Source: an uncultured delta proteobacterium
GTDB taxonomy: Bacteria > Desulfobacterota > Binatia > Binatales > Binataceae
Direction of reading: 5' to 3'
Assembly: GCA_963842085.1 (NCBI GenBank)
Contig: CAWJET010000001.1
Span: 1,312,001 to 1,376,000 of the forward strand
DNA: 64,000 nt
Below, one piece after another: positions 46,382 to 56,190 of the stretch. Both the position numbers and the translations under genes were made by a program. Each line of letters opens with the position of its first letter. Positions within the stretch are counted from its first letter, which is position 1. A model generated the notes under the pieces. The model ran no database searches. It saw only the letters and a list, made by a program, of their open reading frames with translations, and had not been told where the DNA came from.

Positions 46382-47450
46382 CCGGCATCTCCGCCATCGG
46401 CGGCACCGCGGCGGCGTCACCAGACGCGCCGAAAACCTGCCCCCGCAGCCCAGCCCAGGCGGGAGTGTCGAACGCGAGGATGATCAGAATGACGAGGCCC
46501 TGGATGACCTGCACCAGCTCCGGCGAGATACCCTGCGTTCGCTGCATCGCCTGCGAGCCGTTGTCGAGCGCGCCGAACAGGAGCGCCGCGGGAATAATGC
46601 CGAGCGGATTCAGGCGCGCCACCAACGCGACCGCGATTGCCTCGAAACCCCATCCCGGCGAGAGCTTCTCGTACAATCGATGCGAGATTGCGGAGACCTG
46701 CACAGCGCCGCCAAGCCCGGCCAGTGCGCCGGACAGCGCCATCACCCAAACGGTTAGCGCGGGAATTCGGACGCCGAAAAACGTCGCGGCGCGCCGGTTG
46801 CGGCCCATGGCGCGCAACTCGAATCCCGCGCTGGTGTTGAACAGCAGCATGTAGCACGCGGCGGCGAGCACGACTGCGAGCAGCATGCCGAGGTTGAGGC
46901 GGCTCGGCGCAAAGTAGAACTCGAGCTGGGCGGCGGACGCGATCGGCGAGCTGGTCGGATACGCGCGCGACGGTTCCATCAGCGGCCCGTGCACGACCCA
47001 GCTGAGCGCCTGCACGGCGACGAAGTTCAGCATGATCGTGCTGATCACTTCGTTGACGTCGCGCCGCGCGCGGAGCCATCCCGCGACGCCGCCCCATGCC
47101 GCGCCGCCAAGCGCGCCGGCCGCGAGAATGATCGCGACGGCGAGCGAATGCGGGAAATCACCAAGATGCGTACCGATTGCCCCGGCCGCGATCGCGCCAA
47201 TTGTGAGCTGCCCGTCGGCGCCGATATTCCATAGCGCGCCCGAGAACGCCAAGGAGACCGCAAGCCCCGTAAAAACCAGCGGCGTGGATTTCACAATCGT
47301 ATCGACGCAGGCGTACCAGTTGCCGAAGGCGCCTTCGCCAAGCGCCGCGAACACGCCGACTGGTGACGCGCCGAGCGCGGCGAGCGCGATCGAGATAAGC
47401 GCGGCGGCGAGCGCCAGCGCCGCGAATGGTTTCGCAATCGAAGAGAACAT
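46374..47450 (-). CDS. ABC transporter permease (nucleoside/CUT2 type)
   Basis: WNIGADGQ, NEVISTIMLN, GFELRAMG and GFEAIAVAL motifs. Confidence 0.9.
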   Translation of the reverse strand: MFSSIAKPFAALALAAALISIALAALGASPVGVFAALGEGAFGNWYACVDTIVKSTPLVFTGLAVSLAFSGALWNIGADGQLTIGAIAAGAIGTHLGDFPHSLAVAIILAAGALGGAAWGGVAGWLRARRDVNEVISTIMLNFVAVQALSWVVHGPLMEPSRAYPTSSPIASAAQLEFYFAPSRLNLGMLLAVVLAAACYMLLFNTSAGFELRAMGRNRRAATFFGVRIPALTVWVMALSGALAGLGGAVQVSAISHRLYEKLSPGWGFEAIAVALVARLNPLGIIPAALLFGALDNGSQAMQRTQGISPELVQVIQGLVILIILAFDTPAWAGLRGQVFGASGDAAAVPPMAEMPDA

Positions 47451-48931
47451 CAGTCGCGCGCCCCGGCCATCAGCAGGCCCAGCCGCTCGGGATCGCGCTC
47501 GCCGGGACCGGTCTCGCGAATTTTCCCGCGGCTGATAATCAACAACCGCCCGCAGATCGCGAGCAACTCGTCGAGGTCGCTGGAAATCAGGATCACCGCG
47601 CCGCCGCCGGCCGCGAACTCGAGGATCGTGCGATGAACCTCGGCGGTCGCGGCAAGGTCGAGGCCGCGGCAGATATTGTGCGCGACGATTACGCGCGGCC
47701 GCGATGCGAGCGCACGCGCCACCTCGAGGCGCTGGCGATTCCCGCCCGAGAGCGCGCTCGCGATCGTTTCGGGACCGGGCGCGCGAATCCGAAACCGGCT
47801 GATAAGCTCGCGGCAGAGGTCGATCGCGCGCGAAGCGTTCAGCCATCCATGCGACGTCACCTGCTCCCGGAGCGGACGCGCAAGGATCAGGTTTTCCCAG
47901 AGCAGCATCTCCAGGATCAGTCCGTCAAGGTCGCGATTTTGCGGTATCACCGCCATCGCGCCGCCCGGCGATCCGTCGAGCAACGTTATTTTCCCGCTGC
48001 CCGGCCGGCGCGCGCCCGCGAGCAACTCGACCAGTTCGGTCTGGCCGTTGCCGTCAACTCCGGCAATTCCAACGATCTCGCCGGCCGCGACGCGAAACGA
48101 AAGCCGGTCGAGAATCCGGCGCCGGGTATGATCGTCGAGCGTCAGATTTTCGACTTGCAGCACCGGCTCGCCCCGACGCAACTGCATCGCGGCAGCGTCG
48201 GGTTGAACCACGAGTTCGCCAATCATCAGCCCCGCGAGTTTTTCCTCGCTGGTCTCGGCCGGAGTCGTGCGCGCGACCACGCGGCCGTGGCGCAGCACGG
48301 TGATTCGGTCGGCGACCGCAATCGCCTCGGCCAGCTTGTGCGTAATCAGCACGACGATTCGCCCCTCGCCCCGCAGGTTGCGCAGCAAGTCCAGGAACGC
48401 CGCCAGTTCCGAAGGCGCGAGCACGCTGGTCGGTTCGTCGAGAATCAGAACGCGCGGATTGAAGCTGAGCGCGCGCAGCACTTCGAGCCGGACGCGCTCG
48501 GCTACAGAACGATTCTCCACGGTGACGCCCGCCGGCGGCAATTCGAACCCGAGTTTCGCAGCGAGTGCGCGCGCCCGCGCCGCGACATCCGCAAGATCGA
48601 GTGCGTCTGCGCCGCTACCCGTGTCGAAGCCGCCGAGCGCGAGATTTTCCTCCCACGTCATCCGCTCGAACAGCATCGGGCTCTGATGCACCGTCGCAAT
48701 TCCGGCGGCCAGCGCAGCGCGCGGCGAGCCCGCCAGCAGCGGTCGGTCATCGAGCGTGGCCTCGCCACTGTCCGGGACGAGCCAGCCGGCCAGCACGTTC
48801 ATCAAGGTGGTCTTGCCGGCGCCGTTCTCGCCGACCAGCGCGTGGATCTCGCCGGGACGCGCCTCGAAATCGACGCGGTCGAGCGCGAGCGTGCGGCCGA
48901 AGCGCTTGGTTATGGCGTTGGCGCGGAGCAA
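47450..48931 (-). CDS. ABC transporter ATP-binding protein (tandem NBD)
   Basis: GENGAGKTT, LDEPT, LSGGN and ISSDLDE motifs. Confidence 0.92.
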   Translation of the reverse strand: MLRANAITKRFGRTLALDRVDFEARPGEIHALVGENGAGKTTLMNVLAGWLVPDSGEATLDDRPLLAGSPRAALAAGIATVHQSPMLFERMTWEENLALGGFDTGSGADALDLADVAARARALAAKLGFELPPAGVTVENRSVAERVRLEVLRALSFNPRVLILDEPTSVLAPSELAAFLDLLRNLRGEGRIVVLITHKLAEAIAVADRITVLRHGRVVARTTPAETSEEKLAGLMIGELVVQPDAAAMQLRRGEPVLQVENLTLDDHTRRRILDRLSFRVAAGEIVGIAGVDGNGQTELVELLAGARRPGSGKITLLDGSPGGAMAVIPQNRDLDGLILEMLLWENLILARPLREQVTSHGWLNASRAIDLCRELISRFRIRAPGPETIASALSGGNRQRLEVARALASRPRVIVAHNICRGLDLAATAEVHRTILEFAAGGGAVILISSDLDELLAICGRLLIISRGKIRETGPGERDPERLGLLMAGARD

Positions 48932-50254
48932 CTAGGCGGCGTTCACGCCGTAATGCGTGCGCACGTATTCGAGCGCGGCTTCGCGGGTTTCGAGCGCGCC
49001 GTCGAGCTGATGGTCCTCGACGTCTTTCAAAATTTCCTTGAAGCGCGGCCCCGGCGTGAAGCCCAACTGCTTGAGATCCTCGCCGCCGATCAGACGCGGC
49101 GGACGAATCTCGGCCGCGGTCATCGTCGTCATCGCGCGACGGCAAAAATGCCAGTAGCCCAGGTACGAGCTCGACGCCATCGCGTCCATGAACGCGACTT
49201 CCATCAACTCGTCGAAGCCGTCTTCCGCGAGCATCCGCTTGAGCGTCGCCGGGCGCATCCGCGGCGCCATGCATAGCTTGAGATGGTTCTTCACCAGGTA
49301 CGCAACCCGCTCCTGAACTGCGCGCGAGCGCTTGAGCCGCGCCAGGATTCCCGCCGCCATCACGGCGCCGTCCTCGGTGTGCCCGTAGAACGTAACCTTG
49401 TCGCCGGCGACCGCGCGGCATTGCGGCTTGGCGATATCGTGCAGCAGGATTCCGAACGCGACGGTCTCGCTGCATCCGGCGGGCAGCATCGCGACGCCGA
49501 TCCGGGTGTGCGTGTAGACGTCGCCCTCGGGATGGAAATTCTCAGGCTGCGCGCAGCCGCGCATGCGGACGACTTCGGGCATCAGCAGTTGCATCAGGCC
49601 GCTGTCCATCATCAGGTCCATCGCGCGCGCGGCGGCGCCCTCGGTCATCATCATGACGATTTCTTCGCCGACTCGCTCGGCCGCAATATCCACAATCGTC
49701 GGCGCGGCGCGCTTCATCGCTGCCCAGGTCGCAGGATCGATCGTAAAGTTCAGCCGCGCAGCGAAACGGGCGGCGCGCAGGATGCGCAGACGGTCCTCCT
49801 CGAAGCGGTCGTAGGGATTTCCGATCGCGCGGATAATTCCGGCGCGCAGATCGCGCATCCCGCCAACCAGATCGATCAGGCGGCCGGCGATCGGATCGTA
49901 AAACATCCCGCCGATGGTGAAGTCGCGGCGGATCGCGTCTTCCTCGATCGCGCCGAAGCGCACCGACGAGGGCCGGCGCCCGTCGGTATATTCGGCGTCG
50001 GCGCGAAAGGTCGCGACTTCGAACAGGTCGTCGTCGAGCAGCACGCCGATCACGCCGAACTTCGCGCCAACCGCCACGGTGCGGTCGAACATTCCGAGCA
50101 CGACCGCGGGACGCGCGTCGGTGGCGACGTCGTAGTCCTTGGGCTCGACGCCAAGGATTCGATCGCGCACACATCCGCCGGCGAAAACGGCGCGAAAGCC
50201 GGAATCGACGAGACGGCGAACGATATAAAGCGCCTTTTGCTCTTTGTCGCTCAT
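48932..50254 (-). CDS. cca: CCA tRNA nucleotidyltransferase with HD domain
   Basis: GGCVRD, DYD, EVATFR, RRDFT, EDRLRILRA, ERV and LHDIAK motifs. Confidence 0.85.
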   Translation of the reverse strand: MSDKEQKALYIVRRLVDSGFRAVFAGGCVRDRILGVEPKDYDVATDARPAVVLGMFDRTVAVGAKFGVIGVLLDDDLFEVATFRADAEYTDGRRPSSVRFGAIEEDAIRRDFTIGGMFYDPIAGRLIDLVGGMRDLRAGIIRAIGNPYDRFEEDRLRILRAARFAARLNFTIDPATWAAMKRAAPTIVDIAAERVGEEIVMMMTEGAAARAMDLMMDSGLMQLLMPEVVRMRGCAQPENFHPEGDVYTHTRIGVAMLPAGCSETVAFGILLHDIAKPQCRAVAGDKVTFYGHTEDGAVMAAGILARLKRSRAVQERVAYLVKNHLKLCMAPRMRPATLKRMLAEDGFDELMEVAFMDAMASSSYLGYWHFCRRAMTTMTAAEIRPPRLIGGEDLKQLGFTPGPRFKEILKDVEDHQLDGALETREAALEYVRTHYGVNAA

Positions 50255-50327
50255 GGCGACTCTCCAACCGCAGATTCTAAGCGGCGCGATTGGCGGGTGC
50301 CATATGGGGCAAAATGCAGGTTAACGC

Positions 50328-50690
50328 CTAAGCGCTGAATGGCAGTTCGAGCGAGATCGATTGATAAGGTACTTCCGGGCGGACACGTCCGCGTTCGCCT
50401 CGATGCAGACGTACGAAGCCATAGTGCTCCATCGTCTTGAGCGTGCGGGACAGGTTGGACGCTTTGCGGCCTGTGCGCTCCGCCAGCTCCTGGAGTGAAG
50501 AGGGATGCGTCGCAGCGATCATGGCCAGCAGCGCACGGTTCTTATTCGAGAGCACCTTGGCAAAGCTCTCAGTCGAGGTGAACCATACCTTCGGCTCGTC
50601 TGCCTTGGGCTTGAGCGCACCACGCGCAATCGCCATTGTGCGGGCTTTCATGTTCTCATAAGAGGCGATTCCGATTTTCAGGGTCTTCAT
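50328..50690 (-). CDS. HTH antitoxin-like regulator (HVO_A0114/TumA-like)
   Basis: KVWFTS-ESFAKVLS...ELAERTGRKASNLSRTL; ATGA overlap with the upstream gene. Confidence 0.8.
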   Translation of the reverse strand: MKTLKIGIASYENMKARTMAIARGALKPKADEPKVWFTSTESFAKVLSNKNRALLAMIAATHPSSLQELAERTGRKASNLSRTLKTMEHYGFVRLHRGERGRVRPEVPYQSISLELPFSA

Positions 50691-51052
50691 GGGATCACTC
50701 CTTTCTCGCTGAGCACCGCGTCAACTGTCTTCCAGAAATCAGCGAGCAGGGTCGCCGCGTCCTGGTATTCGTATGGCCGCACCGTTTTGAGCCGATGTCT
50801 GTGGTCGTAAGCCGCCCTGGTCTGTCCGCCGGGCCCGGATTGGCCTTTGATCTGGTGCGCATTGTCAAACCCGACCAGGCGTTCACCGTCCGGCCCATGC
50901 AGCGTCAGCGAGTAATCAAGCCCGTGCGGCTTCGCCTCGGTCGCTTTTACGCGTCGCACGACAAACCGGACCCAATGCCGGGTTTCCGGATCGACGACCA
51001 GCACTTGCCCGTCCAGATCAAGCAGGGCATCCAGGGACGGGTCGCGCTTCAT
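50687..51052 (-). CDS. DUF6516/TumE-like putative toxin
   Basis: PHGLDYSLTLH...RLVGFDNAH...DHRH...YEY...LLADF motifs. Confidence 0.8.
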   Translation of the reverse strand: MKRDPSLDALLDLDGQVLVVDPETRHWVRFVVRRVKATEAKPHGLDYSLTLHGPDGERLVGFDNAHQIKGQSGPGGQTRAAYDHRHRLKTVRPYEYQDAATLLADFWKTVDAVLSEKGVIP

Positions 51053-51053
51053 T

Positions 51054-51082
51054 TACTTATCATTATCACATAATGATAAGTA
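51054..51082. promoter_or_regulatory. Perfect inverted repeat, probable TA autorepression operator
   Basis: TACTTATCATTAT-cac-ATAATGATAAGTA lies immediately before the toxin ATG. Confidence 0.8.
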
Positions 51083-51131
51083 GATCATTAGACGCGCAGT
51101 GGAGCCGCAAATTCCTAGGGAAACGGAGGCC

Positions 51132-51920
51132 CTAACCCTCGCCGAGGCGGGATTGCCCGAGCAGGATTCCGCCATCGATCGCGATGACCTGGCCGGTCAC
51201 GTTGATCGCCTTGTCGGAGCAGAGCCACGACACCGCGCGGCCGATGTCCTCTTCGGTCTGCTCGCGGCCGAGCGGAACGAGCTGGCGCACCACCGAGTCG
51301 AAGACCGCGCGCGCGTTCGCATCGCCACCGCCCAGCGCCGCGCCCAGGTCCTGCCATACCTTGGTGTAGATGAGCCCCGGGGCAACCGCGTTGACGCGAA
51401 TCCCCGACAGGCCAAGCTGGAGTGCGAGCGTTTTGCTGTAGGAGATCACGCCGGCCTTGGCCGCCGCGTATGCGGCCAGCGCCGGAGCCGCCTGCAAGCC
51501 GGCCACCGACGACGTGTTGCAGATCGCGGCGCCACTCTTCATCCGCGGCGCGACCTCGCGCGACACCAGATAAACCGAGTTCAGGTTGAGATCGACAAAC
51601 CGGCGCCACGTTTCGACGCTGTCCCACGCGCGCTGATTCCCACCCTCGAACCATGCGCGATCGCCGCCGCCGGCGTTGTTGCAGAGCACGTCGGGATGAG
51701 CGCCGAGCCGGGAGACGATCTCCTCGACCGCGCCGTGTACCTGCTTTTCGTCGGTAACGTCGGCGACAAATCCTTGCACCTGGGCAGCGATCGCGGCGGG
51801 CGGCGGCGCCAGGTCGCGATCGATCACGGCGACTCTCTCGACCACCTTTTCTTCGAGCAGCGCGTTCACGATACCGAGTCCGAGTCCGCGCGCTCCTCCG
51901 GTCACGATTGCGTACTTCAT
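51132..51920 (-). CDS. Short-chain dehydrogenase/reductase
   Basis: TGGARGLG, NNAG, YAAAK, IRVNAVAPG and TGQVIAIDGG motifs. Confidence 0.92.
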   Translation of the reverse strand: MKYAIVTGGARGLGLGIVNALLEEKVVERVAVIDRDLAPPPAAIAAQVQGFVADVTDEKQVHGAVEEIVSRLGAHPDVLCNNAGGGDRAWFEGGNQRAWDSVETWRRFVDLNLNSVYLVSREVAPRMKSGAAICNTSSVAGLQAAPALAAYAAAKAGVISYSKTLALQLGLSGIRVNAVAPGLIYTKVWQDLGAALGGGDANARAVFDSVVRQLVPLGREQTEEDIGRAVSWLCSDKAINVTGQVIAIDGGILLGQSRLGEG

Positions 51921-51960
51921 TGATTTTTTCTCCGAGGCAAACTGCGTTCGAGCCGCGCGC

Positions 51961-53034
51961 TCAGGCTGCTTCTTTGCGAGTGCCCGAGTATTCCTTTCTA
52001 TAGACGCGCAGCAGAGCCGCAAATACCGACATGATCGCCGGGCCGAGAAACAGGCCGAGCGGGCCGTACGCTTCGAGTCCGCCGAGTATTCCGAGAAATA
52101 GCGCGATCGTCGGCAGGCCGGTGCCGTGCTTCATCGCCAGCGGCTTGATGAAGTTGTCGATGACGGCGAGCGCGATCGCACTCCAGATGACCAGGCCGAC
52201 CGCCGCCGACCAGCTCGACGCAAAGCCCAGGTAGATAGCAGCGGGAATCCAGACCAGTGCGGTGCCGCCGATTGGCATCAGTCCCGCGGCCGACGACGCG
52301 ATCGCGAGGAACAGCCAGTACGGCACGCCGAAGATCAGCATGCCGATGCCGATCGACACGCCCTGCAGCACCGCGGTCAGCATCAGGCCGCGCATCACGG
52401 ACGACAGCGTCGTGCGCAGGGTGTCGAAAATCGCTTTCTTGTCGTCCTCGTGCAGCGGGGTCAGGTCGCGCAGGCTCTTGTAGTAGAAGTCGCCGTCGCG
52501 CAGCAGGTAGAAAAACGCGAGCAGCGCGATGCCGAAATTTACGATGAACCCAACGACATTTTTCGCGGCCTGGGTCGCATTCCTGGCGACGTAGTTGCTG
52601 GTTATTTGCGCCGCCTGCAGCGTCAGCTTGGGCAGCTCCTGGTCGAGCTTGTAGCCGCGTTCCGCCATTTTGTTCGCGACCCATGCTCCGAGCTCGGTGT
52701 TGACCGCCCAGTCATGCACTTTCGTCACTCCGCCGCTGCTCACCAAATCGGTGGCTTGGGCGTAAAGCGTCTGCGCCTCGAGCACCAGGTGGCCCGAGGC
52801 CCAGACGGCTGGCAGCACGACAAGGAGCCCCACGACGATGCTGATGATCGCCGTCGAGAGCGAGCGCCGCTTGACGACTTTTTCGACTTCGATCAGCGCC
52901 GGATGCGCCATGAAGGCGAGCAGTATTCCCCACGCCAACGGCGTCAGGAACGGCAGCAGCAGCTCGTACAGCTCGTAGGCCATCACGGCCAGAAAGCCGA
53001 AGAAAAAGAGCTGCACTATGCGCTCGCGATCCAT
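51961..53034 (-). CDS. AI-2E family transporter
   Basis: Multi-TM with FYLLRDG, IDNFIKP and GLFLGP motifs. Confidence 0.88.
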   Translation of the reverse strand: MDRERIVQLFFFGFLAVMAYELYELLLPFLTPLAWGILLAFMAHPALIEVEKVVKRRSLSTAIISIVVGLLVVLPAVWASGHLVLEAQTLYAQATDLVSSGGVTKVHDWAVNTELGAWVANKMAERGYKLDQELPKLTLQAAQITSNYVARNATQAAKNVVGFIVNFGIALLAFFYLLRDGDFYYKSLRDLTPLHEDDKKAIFDTLRTTLSSVMRGLMLTAVLQGVSIGIGMLIFGVPYWLFLAIASSAAGLMPIGGTALVWIPAAIYLGFASSWSAAVGLVIWSAIALAVIDNFIKPLAMKHGTGLPTIALFLGILGGLEAYGPLGLFLGPAIMSVFAALLRVYRKEYSGTRKEAA

Positions 53035-53220
53035 TTTCTGAGGCGTGGCGATCCTCCGTGCGCGCGCGATACTCGGCGCGAAAGTTTAGCAGATGCCCCC
53101 GCTACCGTCGCCTGCCGGACGCGGGTAATCGGGCGCGCGAAACTTCGGTTGCCCGCCAGCGCAAGATCGGTTACCGTCAGCGTTTGCTTGATGTGTCTAA
53201 TCAATACCGCTGCCCCGTGA

Positions 53221-53295
53221 AGGCACGTAGCTCAGTGGGAGAGCGCTTCCTTGACACGGAAGAGGTCGGCGGTTCAATCCCGCCCGTGCCTACCA
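53221..53295 (+). tRNA. tRNA-Val(GAC)
   Basis: AGGCACG/CGTGCCT acceptor stem, CTTCC-TTGACAC-GGAAG anticodon arm, GGTTCAATCC T-loop and encoded CCA. Confidence 0.97.
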
Positions 53296-53367
53296 GGTCC
53301 GTGCCGTTGAGCCGCGCGCGCGAAGTTCGCCCCGCCAGTTTCCCGCAATGATTAGAATTTTCGCTTG

Positions 53368-55308
53368 ATGAGTTCCGAAGTAACCGTAACCCTCGGCCGC
53401 GAAGCGCGCGTCGTGCCGGTTGGCACAATCGTCCGCGACGTGCTCAAGGACGTCCCAAGCAAAGATCTGGTCGCCGCGCGCATCGATGGCAAAGTCGTCG
53501 ATTTGACGCGCAAGCTCGAGCACGACGCCGCCGTCGAGCCGGTGATTGCCGACTCGCCCGCGGGTCTCGAAGTGATCCGCCATTCGACGGCACATCTGAT
53601 GGCGATGGCGGTGCAATCGCTTTATCCCGGCACGCAGGTGACGATCGGTCCGGTGATCGAAGACGGTTTTTTCTACGACTTCGCGCCGGCCACGCCGTTC
53701 ACGGTCGAGGACTTGCCGAAGATCGAAGCAAAGATGCGCGAGCTGGCGAAAGCCGACCACAAGATCACGCGGACCGAAGTCGCGCGCGAGGACGCAATCC
53801 GCAAATTCTCGGCGATGGGCGAGAAGTACAAGGTCGAGATAATTCAGGGCATCCCCGACGACCACGTCTCGATCTACAGCCAGGGCGACTGGATGGACCT
53901 GTGCCGCGGACCGCACGTCCCCTCGACGCGGTATCTGAAGGCATTCAAGCTGACCAGCGTGGCGGGCGCGTACTGGCGCGGCGACGAGCACAACGCGATG
54001 CTCTCGCGCATCTACGGCACCGCGTTCGCCAACAAGGAAGCGCTCGAGGAGCATCTGAAACTGGTCGAACTCGCCCGCCAGCGCGACCATCGCAAGCTCG
54101 GGCGCGAGATGGGCCTCTACATCTTCGATCCAATCTCGCCGGGCTCGCCGTTCTACCTTCCCAAGGGCGTCATCATCTTCAACGCGCTCGTCGATTACAT
54201 GCGGCGGCTGTACCGGCGCTACGGTTACGACGAGGTCGTCACGCCGCTGCTGTTCAAGAACGAACTTTTCAACACGTCAGGGCATTGGGAAAATTTCCGC
54301 GAGAATATGTTTCTCTCGCCGGATCCCGAAAGCGAGACGCATACCGTCGATACCAGCCCCGACGGATGGCATCACGGCTACGGGCTGAAGCCGATGAATT
54401 GCCCCGGCCACACGTTCGTGTATCGCGCCGAGAAGCGCTCGTATCGCGACCTGCCGCTGCGCTTCGCGGAGTTCAGCCGGCTGCATCGCGCGGAACGTTC
54501 GGGCACGCTGCACGGCCTGATGCGAGTGCGCGCGATGTCGCAAGATGACGCGCACATCTTCTGCCGCGAAGATCAAATCGAGGACGAAATCACGCTGAAT
54601 CTCCAGATGGTGCGCGACGTGTACGGTGCGCTGGGTTTCGACCACGTCGAGTTCAAGCTCGCGACCATGCCCGAGCAGCATCTCGGCACCGAAGAGCAAT
54701 GGCAGATGTCGGAAGGCAAGCTCGCCCACGCGATAAAGCGCAACGAAATCGCATTCGAGATAAATCCGAAGGAAGGCGCGTTTTACGGCCCCAAGATCGA
54801 GATTTACGTGTCGGACGCGCTCAAGCGCAAGTGGCAGGTCGCGACGATTCAGCTCGATTACAATGCGCCCGAGCGCTTCGACCTGACCTACACCAACAGC
54901 GCCGGCGCCGAAGAACGCCCCGTGATGATTCATCGCGCGATCCTCGGCTCGCTCGAACGCTTCATCGGCGTGCTGATCGAGCACACCGGCGGCGTGCTGC
55001 CGCTCTGGCTCGCGCCGGAGCAGGTGCGCGTGCTGTCGCTCAGCGAGAAGGTCGAGGACTACGCCAAGGAAATCGCGGACCTGCTCAAGCGCGAGGGCTT
55101 TCGCGCCCACGCCGACGTGCGCAACGAGAAACTCGGTTTCAAAGTTCGCGAAGCCGAATTGGCCAAGGTGCCGTATATGGTAGTGATCGGCGAGCGCGAA
55201 GCTGCCGACCGATCGGTATCGCTGCGGCTGCTGCGCGGCGAGAAGAGCAATGCGATGCCGCTGGCGCAGTTAGTCGAAAAATTAAAGAAGGAGCCGGTGC
55301 CGGCTTAG
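53368..55308 (+). CDS. thrS: Threonine--tRNA ligase
   Basis: RHSTAH, DLCRGPHV, RDHRKLG, KPMNCP, AFYGPK and HRAILGS motifs. Confidence 0.97.
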   Translation: MSSEVTVTLGREARVVPVGTIVRDVLKDVPSKDLVAARIDGKVVDLTRKLEHDAAVEPVIADSPAGLEVIRHSTAHLMAMAVQSLYPGTQVTIGPVIEDGFFYDFAPATPFTVEDLPKIEAKMRELAKADHKITRTEVAREDAIRKFSAMGEKYKVEIIQGIPDDHVSIYSQGDWMDLCRGPHVPSTRYLKAFKLTSVAGAYWRGDEHNAMLSRIYGTAFANKEALEEHLKLVELARQRDHRKLGREMGLYIFDPISPGSPFYLPKGVIIFNALVDYMRRLYRRYGYDEVVTPLLFKNELFNTSGHWENFRENMFLSPDPESETHTVDTSPDGWHHGYGLKPMNCPGHTFVYRAEKRSYRDLPLRFAEFSRLHRAERSGTLHGLMRVRAMSQDDAHIFCREDQIEDEITLNLQMVRDVYGALGFDHVEFKLATMPEQHLGTEEQWQMSEGKLAHAIKRNEIAFEINPKEGAFYGPKIEIYVSDALKRKWQVATIQLDYNAPERFDLTYTNSAGAEERPVMIHRAILGSLERFIGVLIEHTGGVLPLWLAPEQVRVLSLSEKVEDYAKEIADLLKREGFRAHADVRNEKLGFKVREAELAKVPYMVVIGEREAADRSVSLRLLRGEKSNAMPLAQLVEKLKKEPVPA

Positions 55309-55345
55309 GAAGTTAATCCGGCCATCGAGCCGGAGGAGGTGCTTT

Positions 55346-55879
55346 ATCCGTAGAGATTTCAGAACCCCACCCTCAAGGGAGCCCGCGATTCGCGTCAATA
55401 ACCTGATTCGCGCTCAAGAAGTCCGTGTGATCGACGCCGACGGCAGCCAGGTCGGAATCCTGCCTCTGCGCGAGGCCATCAAGGTTGCGGAGGCCCGCGG
55501 CCTGGACCTGGTCGAGGTCTCGTCGACGGCCAACCCGCCCGTGTGCCGCGTCACCGACTTCGACAAGTACCGCTACGCGCAGAAGAAAAAGTCGCACGAC
55601 TCCAAGAAGCACACCATCAGCATGATCAAGGAAGTGAAGATGGGCTCGGCGACCGGGCAGCACGACGTGGACTTCAAAACCGCTCACATCAAGCGCTTTG
55701 TTGGAGAAGGTCACCGTGTTAAGCTCACCGTTTCGTTCCGCGGGCGCGCGATTACTCATCCGGAACTCGGACGGGCGTTGATCGACAGAATTATCGCGCA
55801 GGTTACGGATGTCGCGCAGGCAGAAGGCATGCCCCGGATGGAAGGACGCAACATGTCCGTGCTGCTGACGCCGCGATAG
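55346..55879 (+). CDS. infC: Translation initiation factor IF-3 (non-canonical ATC start)
   Basis: GGAGGAGGT RBS 5 nt before an in-frame ATC; RVNNLIR, LDLVEV, PPVCR and KEVK motifs. Confidence 0.92.
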   Translation: MRRDFRTPPSREPAIRVNNLIRAQEVRVIDADGSQVGILPLREAIKVAEARGLDLVEVSSTANPPVCRVTDFDKYRYAQKKKSHDSKKHTISMIKEVKMGSATGQHDVDFKTAHIKRFVGEGHRVKLTVSFRGRAITHPELGRALIDRIIAQVTDVAQAEGMPRMEGRNMSVLLTPR

Positions 55880-55923
55880 CAGCGAACGGGAAGTTTCAGG
55901 AAAGAAGCAGAGCACCTATCGTC

Positions 55924-56121
55924 ATGCCGAAAATCAGGACCAGCCGAACCGCCGCCAAGCGCTTCACCGTCAGCAAGAGCGGCAAGGTCAAATTCAAACA
56001 CGCGTACGCCCGCCACATGTTCTCGGCCAAAAATCCGAAACAGAAGGCGCGCCTGCGCAGAACCGGTATTCTGGAAAAGGCCGACGCCGAAAAAGTTAAG
56101 ACGATGATGCCGTACGCATGA
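55924..56121 (+). CDS. rpmI: 50S ribosomal protein L35
   Basis: MPKIRT-R-AAKRF motif; conserved operon position. Confidence 0.95.
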   Translation: MPKIRTSRTAAKRFTVSKSGKVKFKHAYARHMFSAKNPKQKARLRRTGILEKADAEKVKTMMPYA

Positions 56122-56190
56122 GCGCGGCCGGTAAGAATACTAAAAGGCTAACGCACCGCATATCTACCAAGGAAGGATTTCACCACTCCG

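Noticed and set aside
51054-51082. Palindrome as a Fur box or dif site
   Set aside because: It contains GATAATGATAA, but the symmetry differs from the 19-bp Fur box and it lacks XerC/D arms. Its position fits a TA operator better.
53221-53360. tRNA-Val as an integration site
   Set aside because: No integrase and no duplicated tRNA 3' end were seen; thrS follows directly.
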